Source: Octopus bimaculoides (taxonomy: Eukaryota). Taken from it: a DNA stretch of 64,000 nt. Shown here piece after piece: positions 49,531 to 60,600 of the stretch. The notes under the pieces are model-generated. The model made no database searches. It was not told the origin of the DNA and saw nothing but the letters and a program-made list of their open reading frames with translations. Both the position numbers and the translations under genes were made by a program. How positions within the stretch are numbered: position 1 is the stretch's first letter; every line of letters begins with the position of its first letter. Location: contig NC_068983.1 in the NCBI RefSeq assembly GCF_001194135.2, positions 16,977,567 to 17,041,566 on the forward strand, read 5' to 3'.

Positions 49531-50470
49531 CTCTAAATAAATGTTGTCAAGTTCCGATTGATTTTACGTGGCTTCCATAGATTTGGCAATGACAAAACGA
49601 CAATGAACTTAAAGAGTTTGAGGCTAAAGAAGTTAAAAAAAACCCACATAGGACGAAAGTAAAAAAAGCCACAGTGAAATAATCGTAGAGGTCCAAAGCG
49701 GAATTTCCGTGAAGTTCAAGCCATCTGCCTCAAGTAGCGAGGCTCCACGCGGACACTGCCACAAACCGTCGGCTGCCAAGTCTAGCAACACACGTGACCT
49801 GCAACAACTTAGCAGTATTACTACAGCAAACCCTTCAGTTAAACGCACCCCCGATTAAACGGATTTCGGACTCAACAGACCGAAATAATTATAGACTTCT
49901 GTATTGCGGAAAAGTTATGTAAAGAAGAACCTTACTGTAACATGGAGTTTCGTTATGCGAGGCGTATTTTTCCCATTGATTTCCTTTGTTCACGACGTAA
50001 CATTGGTGTCAGGAAAATAGGTTTCGCGTTATGGATCTCCGCGTTACGGCAAGATTCTCAGATGCGCAACGTTTCCATAACTCGGAGAACATCTGTAATG
50101 CAATACTGTATTACGATTAAAGTCACTACAAAATGCTATTTTATTACACTACCCACCAGAATAATAGAAGGATTACATTTTTTTAATAATTTAGAAACTC
50201 TATATGATGTGAATTGTATCAAAACTTCTTTGATACAACAATCCCTTAGTTACCATCTATGTAACGGACTTTCTTTTATTAATAATAAATACAACATTTA
50301 TTAACCACATATATGTTTAATGTTAATTAATTAATAGGTTAAGCAAGTAATAACACGAGTAACCGCACAGATGTTTGGTCGTAAGAAGTAAACAATGTGT
50401 AGAACTAATTTTTGGCAATAGACGCATGCGTCATGTTCACTTGTCGAGCCAGACTTTCGTCTTGGTATGT
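49531..50470. promoter_or_regulatory. Putative bidirectional promoter GPR180(-)/BMS1(+), with candidate non-coding BMS1 exon 1 ending at 50464
   Basis: Locally CpG-rich, SINE-free interval between divergent genes. Perfect 12-bp palindrome GACGCATGCGTC at 50421-50432 (NRF1-like GCATGCG core). Donor-like cttg|gtatgt at 50465. The BMS1 ATG exon is preceded by a splice acceptor, so an upstream non-coding exon is likely. Confidence 0.6.
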
Positions 50471-50595
50471 AGTCCGAAAGTATTTTCTCTTTTATTTCAT
50501 AGTTTTCTCACATTTTAATGATTTTGTGAAACTATTCCCATTATAGATCGTGAAAAATTAATCCTACGACCTCTTTGATTAATATATTGTACCAT

Positions 50596-51240
50596 GAAAT
50601 TCTTGTATGTTTAATTTATCTTTCAACGTGCGAAATGTTATGCACATGTGGCTCTGTTGGAATTGATTTCTTCTACTAGGTATAACCGTAGTTCAGCTTG
50701 TTAAATTCATTTGAGGTAAACGAATAAAAATAAGCATTCGAATGGAGTAAAAACATTAGAATTTTTAAGTTGTCGAATATGTACGTAAACAAGCTCCAGT
50801 ATAAAATCGAACAAACTACACAGAAACAATACTTGATTGTCTACAAAAATTGTAAATGTGCTATAAATTTTAAAATTTATAAGTCAGTTTAAAATTTTAA
50901 ATCTAACTGCTTTTGTGCCACTGAATTCCTGTGAATGTGTGATTTATCTTTCAACATGTGAAAGATTTTTTTACTCTGCGTAACAATAGTTCAGCTTCTT
51001 AAATTCAGTGAGGTAAACGAATAAGAAATTTTTTGAATAATAGATGAAATAAAAATATTCGAATGAGTAAAAATGTTCGAATTTTTAGTAAAGTTGTCGA
51101 ATATCCTCTTAACCATATCTGGTACAAAATGGAAGGGACCACATAGAAACAACGTGTTGAAATCCATGAATATCTACAGCAATTCTAAAGTATGGCGTTT
51201 AATTGTTTATAAAATGTACTATAAAATCAGTTTACCTGTG
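50596..51240. repeat. Diverged tandem duplication, period about 325 bp
   Basis: Collinear shared blocks: atttatctttcaac (50614/50942), tagttcagctt (50689/50987), gaggtaaacgaataa (50713/51010), aagttgtcgaatat (50767/51091). Confidence 0.8.
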
Positions 51241-52929
51241 TGGCATCACTGAATATCTACAAAACGTCTATGGTGTGCTGTTTCATGTCTATAAAACAGA
51301 CCATAAAACATGAATGAACTGGGTTTAATTACATGTGTAAAACGATTTGTAATTTGGGCGAATGAAGCATGTTTTTGCGTGACCCCTTCCATTTTGTACT
51401 GTGAGTCATTCAACGAACTTGCTAAGCACCGCCAGAATCGAAATATTTGTTGTACGGAATACAGAAACACTAACAATGGAAAAGATTACTATTTTCCCCC
51501 CGTTCCCATGAGGTATGAGGCTCTTTATCGAAAAGACTTCGCCAAAAGGAAATAAGATGAGATGGTCATAGCTGGAACCTCTTTGGTTATAGGTCTACTT
51601 GATCAGAGCTGATCAAAAGCTAAATACCAACCACAGTAGCTCTTAACACGATAGACATAATTCTTCAGTCAAATGACTGAAACAAATAAAAGAATATTCT
51701 AAAACCACAGACGTTAAATATTGATGATGGTGATGATGATAATTTGTATGGATGCTTATCAGAAGAACCTTTTCTGTTCTAGGAATCTAGACTTAATCCA
51801 TCATTCGGTTTAATGCTATGGACTAGTCCTTGCGTGCCTTAAGTGGAATCCGCATTCTTACCTGCATTCAGGCCAGTCTCCAGACTGAGCATAACTTTAT
51901 CTTACCAGTTTTGTTAGCCATGGTTGTTGTTCTTCTTTTTCTGACTAAATAATTGTTTAAAAAGAAAATATAAAAGGACACAAAGATATTACTTATGCTG
52001 ACATCTTAACATAGATTTTGAAAAATGTTAAAGTGTAATGTAGATTTGGAATGAAAGTATTTTTTTTTATGCATGTAAAATTCAGCAGAAAAACAAAAAC
52101 TGAAAAATCTCTCAATAAATTTATGTATTAGCAGTTTTTATTATGCATGCCTGTATGGATTGCCTTGTCTTACCTCAGGTCTTCAACAACTCATAGAGTT
52201 GTTGAAGCACTGTCATTATATACAGTGTGTTTTGGGTACTTTTTAGTCCTGGTGAAGCCCAAGGAACAGACAGACTGACTGAAAGCAAGATAGGGTGAGA
52301 AGACTTGGCCTTTATTGATCCCAAAAGGATGAAACACAAAGTTGATACATCAGTATTTGAACTCAGAGTATAGAGAGCCTGAAAAATTCTTGCAAAGGAA
52401 GCTATCTGATGTTATAATGAATCTCTTAAGTCACCACCTTACATCTATAGGTCAAAATAATTTAACCCTTTAGCATTCAGATTACTGTAATTCTCATTCA
52501 TATTGTTTTAAATGAATCATGCATTATCTTCTAACTTTGAGATTTTGATGATGTGGCTGTTTATTTTTTTTAGAATGACATTGTTGGGTAGATGTGAAAG
52601 GCTAGATCTGGCTGGTTTGGACACAAAATATTTGGGCTGGATATGGCCAGTTGAAATACTAAAAGATTAAATATTTAGATACAGAATTCTCTGGGTAAAG
52701 CTGTACATTTCTGATGAGAGATAAATATCTTGAAACATGTAAATAGATGCCCAACTATTTTTCTGTATATTTTAGTCAACAATAGGATATTTTCACATCA
52801 TCTCAATTTTCAAAGAATTATTTACATTGCACATGTTTCAGATGTTTTGAATGACACTGTGTTCTATATAAAGATATATTATTCAAATATTGGGTATTTT
52901 TGTTTTAGGTTTTAAAGTGAAAAGCCATC

Positions 52930-53096
52930 ATGGAATTGGATGAGGTGAAGAAGAAGCACCACAAGCGGCAAAGTGGGCTGAAAGCTGAAAAAAAGAAGGC
53001 AAAATTTAAGCTAGAAGATAATCGAACTGCACAACAAAAAAACCCAAAAGCTTTTATTGTACAGTCAGCAAGGAAAGCTCACAAGGCAGTCCAAAG
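52930..53096 (+). CDS. BMS1: BMS1 first coding exon
   Basis: Acceptor ttttag at 52908; MELDEVKKKHHKRQSGLKAEKKK..KNPKAFIVQSARKAHKAVQR; donor gtattg. Confidence 0.9.
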
Positions 53097-56000
53097 GTAT
53101 TGTTTAATATTTAACCTGATTTGGTTTTGAATATGTCATTGCTTAACTGGCTTTAATGAAACGTGTTCTGTGTATTTCATCATCATCATTTAATGTCCGT
53201 TGTCCATGCTCGCATGGGTTGGACAATATGACCAGAGCTGGGGAGCTGCATCAGACTCCAGTTTGATTTGACATGGTTTCTATGGCTGGATGCCCTTCCT
53301 AACACTTTACAGAGTGTGCTGGGGGCTTTTACCTGGCACCACACGAGCACTTTTACGTGACGCTGCACAGGTGCTTTTATGTGGCACCACCATGAGTGCT
53401 TTATACCACTAGAAGGATCAGCCTTAATGCTTCTGCAGAGTATGGGTCATCTTGGAGTACAACCAGGTGCCAGGTATATGTATTTACATATATATATATA
53501 TTGCAAACCTTTATAAAGAATATAGAGACAGGTACATCAAAGACAGGTGTATATATATATATATATATATGTTAATTCTCTAAATGAAGTATTAACAGTA
53601 ACTGCACGATAAAGTGAAGTGTATTGCCACTTAAGTGTGGCTGACCCCTAGGGGTGGATGTTACTGTTGCTTTAGCCCNNNNNNNNNNGGTGGATGTTAC
53701 TGTTGCTTTAGCCCCAGGAGGACATCTCCTCCAGCTGGCTTGTCGATAAGCCAGCTGGAGGAGATGTCCTCCTGGGGCTAAAGCAACAGTAACATCCACC
53801 CCTAGGGGTCAGCCACACTTAAGTGGCAATACACTTCACTTTATATATATATAGGCAGAAGTGTGACAGCTGTTAGATGGGATGCTGTCTATTTGCATTG
53901 AATTAATAAATAATAATTGATGTAAGTCAATTGTTGTTAATCAGTACTTCTCCATTTTCTGTTTTCTTTATATATATATATATATATCTATGTTTGTGTC
54001 TTTGATTTGTATTTGTTCCCCACCACTGCTTGACATCCAGTGTTGGTTTGTTTGTGTCCCCGTAACTTAGTGGTTTGGCAAAAAGAGTCTGATACAATAA
54101 ATATCAGGCTTAAATAAGTACCAGGTCCGTTTGTTCAACTTAACCCTTCAAGGCAGTGTTGTAGCATGGCCACAGTCTAATGACTGAAATAAGTAGAAGA
54201 TAAAAGAAATCATTAAATTCAATATCTTTGATTCTTTATGATTTTTTTTTCCTCCCATTTTCAGAGCCGAAGATATCAAAGCCAAAAGACACCACATTCC
54301 CATTGTTGACAGAACTCCAATTGATGCTCCACCAATTATTGTAGCCATTGTTGGTCCACCAAAAGTGGGTAAAACAACATTACTTAAATGTATTGCAAAG
54401 AAGTATTGCCATCAAAAATTAAGTACAATTCATGGACCAATTACTGTCTTGGCAGGTAGGTGGGCAACTTTGTCACCACTCTTGTTTTCGTTTTTGATTC
54501 ATCTGTGAGGTCATCTCACAGAAGAGATGACCTCACAGAGGAGATGACAAGGGACTGAGACTTCTGGTGGTTTGCTGTGCTTGAGAAGATTCATCAAGCG
54601 AAGTAAAATCATGGCCATCCATACATACAGGCAGGTCCTTATGGCCATACACCCTCTTCCTCTCTCAACCAAAAGGTCCTTGTCTTGTGGGTGCTGGTGC
54701 CACATAAAACCACCTGTGCAAGTGTTATGTAAAAGCACCCAGTACACTCTTTAAAATGGTTGGCATTAGAAAGGGCATCCAGCCATAGAAACTATGCCAA
54801 AACAAACTTTCAGAGCCTGGACAGCTCTCTTGCTTACCAGCTCTGGTTAAACCATCCAACCCATGCCAGCATGGAAAACGGATGTTAAAGGATGATGATA
54901 TGTGTGTGTATCCATCTACCTATGCTTTGACATTATGTGATGATTGTAAATGAGAATCCCTGTCATGTAAGTGATGCTGTTCCTTTCCAGCCTTTCACGA
55001 AGAAAACGTCTGGTTATGAAGAAGTATTACTTTGCTTGGTGAGGATTGGTGACAGGAAGGGCATCCAGCTGTGGAAACTTCGCCTGAACAAATTCCATCT
55101 GACCAATGCAAGCATGAAATAAGTAAACGATAAATGATAATGATGGTGGTGAGAAACATTATCTGCATAAAATTAATCCCTTTAACATTCAACCTTCTTT
55201 GTGACAGTTTCAGAGACTGAACTGTGTTGGCAGATAATAATTTAAGTCATAATTTTCTTACTAAGCAAATTTTTGATCCTGACTCTACTTCTGTCATCCA
55301 TCATCCTCAAGTGTGATGCATTCAATCATCATCATCACCAGGCTCCAATCTGATTTGGCAGAGTTTCTACAGCTGGATGCCCTTCCTAATGCCAACCACT
55401 CTGAGAGTGTAGTAGGTGCTTTTACATTCCACTGGCACGAAGGCCAGTCAGGCGGTACTAGCAACGGCCATGCTCAAAATGGTGTATTTTATGTGCCACC
55501 TGCACAAGAGCCAGTCCAGGGGCACTGGCCACGATCTTTCTCGAAAGTCCTTACACATGCCACGGGCACAAGTGCCAGAAAGGTGACGCTGGGCACAGGT
55601 GCCATCACGATTTTGCTTTCGCTTGCCCCAATAGGTCTTTGCAAGCTGAGTTTCGTGTCCAATGAAGGAGACGACGTTAGCATGGGTGCCAGTCGTCGAA
55701 TTTAGTTTGGTTTCGATTCGATTTCACTTGCCTCATGTCACAATACTTACTGAATTACAGATCTCTATCAGAGACCTTTACCAGCTTAATTTTGTTTGGC
55801 CTCAATTGTTTTTTTTTATTTCTTATTCAGTTGACTAACCTGTAATTGTTTATAGTTCCCTGTTATGGAAGCAACTCATATGTAACTATATTTAGGACTG
55901 TTTTAGTTACCATTTACTGAGGAATTTTTTTACAACCATTGCTTTTGTTAATCTCACTTTGTTTTGATCTTTCATATTTGACATAAAGCTATTCTTAGAA

Positions 56001-57393
56001 ATCCTATGATAACTGTATCAAGAGGCTCCGTCTATGTCTAAACAATTATTCCCAACTTGAGTAATATAGTTTACAATAGCTACACACGCTAATCTTTCAG
56101 TTATGTATTATTTCAGATAACCTTTCTCATTTAGAATTTCCGTGTAATATTTATTCATTTTCGTATTTTAACTTGTTAAGACTTGAACCCTGTTTTACAT
56201 TATTTACCAGGTAAACAACGTAGATTAACACTGATAGAGTGTAACAGTGATATCAACTGTATGATAGATATTGCAAAAGTTGCAGATTTGGTACGTACAT
56301 TTTTATCATTTTCTCTCAATTGTAACAATATAACCTAACACAGTGTTTCCTAACCAGGGTTCCCCGAGAGGTTACTAGGTGTTCCAAGAAAAAGTCCAAA
56401 AGACTATTTATATGCAAATGCATTTTTTAGTCAAATTTTATATTTGTAATTTTATTATACATACACAGCTGGCAAAACTTGTTAGCACACTGGACAAAAC
56501 GTTTTGTGCATTTTTTTCAGACTTTACATTCTGAGTCAAATGCTAAAGTTAACTTTATCTTTTATCCTTTCAGGGTTGATAAAATGAGTATCAGTTGAGC
56601 ACTAGGGTCAGTGTAATTGACTGGTACTTTTCCCCCCTGAAATTTTTAATCTTGTACCTACAGTAGAAAGAATTATACACACACAGCATAATTTACTACG
56701 TAGCCTCTCTGGATTGTAAAGTGACCCAACTGGAAAAATGATAGCTGAATATGAAATTGGAGGAGAATTTAGTCTAAACAAGGTGTTGGTTAAGACAAAA
56801 TTTCTCAACACTTCTGTTACTATATTTCTATTCAAAATACACAACCGTTGTTTCAGTTAATTTTGAAAATGAAGAATTTACTAAAATAACTTTTTAATTA
56901 TTAAGCTACTGTTTTGAGCATAAATTAACTTGGAATTTTGATGGAAGATTTTGATTTAGAACACTTTAAAAATGCGAGTTTGTGTCATTAGAACCAAGGC
57001 TGGTCTCAGGTGGGTTGGTATCAACCTTCTTTCTGGCATCTGATTTAGCTCAGTTTTACCTAGTAGTTCTCAACTGTTTTTTGCCTATGGACCCCTTTGA
57101 TTTCTATTTTATTCTACTGGATCCCCGTGTTAAAAAGAATCCTATTATATTTTTATAATTAAATATTTGGAATTGTATGAAATATTATTCTTTTACTCTT
57201 TTCAGTCATTTGACTGTGGTCATGCTGGGGCACCGCCTTTAGTCGAGCAAATCAACCCCAAGACTTATTCTTTGTAAGCCTAGTACTTATTCTGTCGGTC
57301 TCTTTTGCCGAACTGCTAAGTTATGGGGACGTAAACACACAAGCATCGGTTGTCAAGCAATGTTAGGGGGGACAAACACAGACACACAAACAT

Positions 57394-57426
<33 letters not shown>

Positions 57427-57637
57427 CATAGATATGACAGGCTTCTTTCAGTTTCCGTCTACCAAATCCACTCACAAGGCTTTGGTCAGCCCAAGGCTTT
57501 ANNNNNNNNNNNNNNNNNNNNNNNNNNNNNNNNNNNNNNNNNNNNNNNNNNNNNNNNNNNNNNNNNNNNNNNNNNNNNNNNNNNAAGCATCGGTTGTCAA
57601 GCAATGTTAGGGGGGACAAACACAGACACACAAACAT

Positions 57638-57670
<33 letters not shown>

Positions 57671-60600
57671 CATAGATATGACAGGCTTCTTTCAGTTTCC
57701 GTCTACCAAATCCACTCACAAGGCTTTGGTCAGCCCAAGGCTTTAGTGGAAGACACTTGTCCAAAGTGCCACGCAGTAGGACTGAACCTGGAACCATGTG
57801 GTTGGTAAGCAAGCTACTTACCACACAGCCACTCCTATGCCTGTGTTAAAATATTTTGTGTATTGTAGAAGTGTAGACAATATAAACTTTAACAACAAAA
57901 TCTTATATAGACCTCCTAGGATTATATGGACCCTAGTTGAAAATGACTGGTCTAACCCATGTCACCATGGAACATGGATATTAGATGATGATAAAACCTT
58001 TATAAGACAGTTTTATAGTTTGTTTAATCTCTTATGCATTTCAACCTAATGAAAGAGAAATAAAAAGATTACTCTAGATCAGGGGTTTTCAACCAGGGTC
58101 CACATGGACTCTGGGGGTCCATATAAGATTTTGGAGATCCACGGATGCAGTATAATAAATTAGGGTTCACAATGATTTTTCAGGGACCATGAAAAAATTG
58201 TGCTTCAGACCAGTAATGTTTATGTGTAATAAATTGGTTATATGTCCACAATATGCAAAATATTTTAACAATTACTTATATACAATTCCTAATAATATTT
58301 AATTATAAAAACATAATAGGATTTTTTAAACATCAAATGGCTCTGGGGGTCCACTCAATGAAAATAAGAATCAAAGGTTCCATGGGCAAACCATGGTTGA
58401 GAACTCCTGGTCTAGATTTATAATAATATTTATGTAGAGGTTCCTTGAGATCTGGCATGTATTTCAAATGTTCCTTCAAACATAAAAAGCTTGGGAAATA
58501 CTGGTCTATCCTCACATGAGATTGTTTATTACATGAAGTTCTTTTTGATTTTCTTCAGGTTTTGCTTTTGGTTGATGCCAGTTTTGGGTTTGAGATGGAA
58601 ATATTCGAATTCCTTAACATATGTCAAGTACATGGATTTCCACGTGTGATGGGAGTTCTTACTCATTTGGATACGTTCCGTGATGGGAAACAAATGAAAA
58701 AAATTAAAAAGCGACTAAAAACTAGGTTTTGGACAGAAATTTATCAGGTAAATTCTACTATGGCAGTGTGGTTAAGAATCTCACTTTGTGATCATGTGAT
58801 TTCAGGTTCAGTCTCACTGCATGGCACCTTGGGCAAGTGCAAGTGCTTCTTCTATAAACCTAGACTGACCAATGCCTTTTGAGTGAATTTGGTATATGGA
58901 AACTGTGTGGAAGTCTGTTATATATATATATCATCATCATCATCATCATCATCACCATTGTTTAATGTCCGCCTTCCATGCTAGCATGGGTTGGACGATT
59001 TGACTGAGGACTGGTGAACCAGATGGCTGCACCAGGCTCCAATCTGATCTGGCAGAGTTTCTACAGCTGGATGCCCTTCCTAACACCAACCACTCTGAGA
59101 GTGTAGTGGGTGCTTTTATGTGTTACCGGCACGAGGGCCAGTCAGGCGGTACTGGCAACGGCCATGCTCAAATGATGTTTTTTACGTGCCATCTGCACAG
59201 GAGCCGGTCCAGCGACACTAGCAACGACCTCGCTCGAATGTTTTTTCACCTGCCACCAGCACAAGTGCCAGTAAGACAACACTGGTAACGATCACGTTCA
59301 AATGGTGCTTTTTACGTGCCACCGGCACGGAAGCCAGACAGCCGCTCTGGCAATGATCACGCTCAGATGGTGCTGTTAGTGCTCCACTGGCACGGGTGCC
59401 AGTCATCGAATTTGGTTCGATTTTGATTTATATATTAATATATATGTGTGTGTTTGTTCCACTACTTGGCAACTGGTCTTGGTTTGTTTACTTGCTTCTA
59501 ACTTTGTGGTTCAGTAAAAAAGACCAATAGATTAAGTATCAAGCTTGAAAATAAATACTGGGGTTCATTTCTTCAACTGTATCTTTGAAGTGGTGCTCAA
59601 GCCTTGCTGCATTCCCTTGAGTCACTCTGTATCTCCTGCAGAACCATTAGTACAATGGGCTTATCAAACAGTGTTTATTGTCTGAATAATGTATTAGAGT
59701 ATTTTATGTGTAAATATTTTAATCCTGGCACTGATTGCAGACCATCTTGTTCTGCTCTTCATACATGGAATTATTGCATCCACTGCAGATGAACCTGGTT
59801 TTCTTGTCTTTTGATCTTGGGCAATTGAAACATCTCTTGCATTGTGATGAATGATTCTGGGTGGTGTTGCTTCTGGTAAAATTCCACAGCTGCAAATGAT
59901 CTGTTTCACATCTTGAGGTGTTTGAAGTGACTCCAATCTGTGCTGTGCATGCAGAGTGATCAGTGAAATCGACAACCAAAAAAAGTAAACATCATAATAA
60001 TAATAATAATAATAATAATAATAGCAGTACCAGGCAGTGGCTCTCATGGCTTCTGATCTAAACTGATTGGAAGTGTTATCATGTACATTGTTTTGTCTTG
60101 GTATAAAAAGATGGGCTACAGCAAATATTCTACTTGATATCACAGATTTGCTTGTCAGTTGTTTGACCGTAACCAGTTGAGCATGTCCCTTAGAGGCTGA
60201 CGATATGTGCATCTCTGATCATGAGCAGAAGTAGTGGGGGAGCATCATAGCCATGTGTTGAGAGGAATTCTTTGGGGTTTGAATAATTCACCTTTGGAAA
60301 CACGGGTGTTTTGCTCAACATCCTTAAACAAACCTTATTTAGGGACCTTTTGAGCGGGATGGGCTACTCGACCTGAAGAAAATTCTAACTTGACCCCACC
60401 TGTGAGGTCATGCGCTGTTTATCTTGATATGAGATCACCATGTCGTGCACATATGGTTGTGATGCATGTGCCTAGTGTACCCTTATCAGATGGGTAGTCA
60501 TGTTGGGTATATTGAGCTTCGTATATTTTACCCCAGTGTCACTTTGATGGCATGCGCTGCTCTCTCACTCATAATAATAATAATGGAGACAAAATTGCAA

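Noticed and set aside
51310-51555. 81-aa ORF with vague Tc1/mariner-like flavour (IWANEACF)
   Set aside because: Similarity is too weak to support a call, with no TIRs or other motifs seen.
58990-59400. Regularly spaced acgtgccaccggcac-like motifs resembling a CRISPR array (also 2080-2400, 46250-46620)
   Set aside because: These are internal sub-repeats of a dispersed eukaryotic retro-repeat. The spacers are shared between copies and there are no cas genes.
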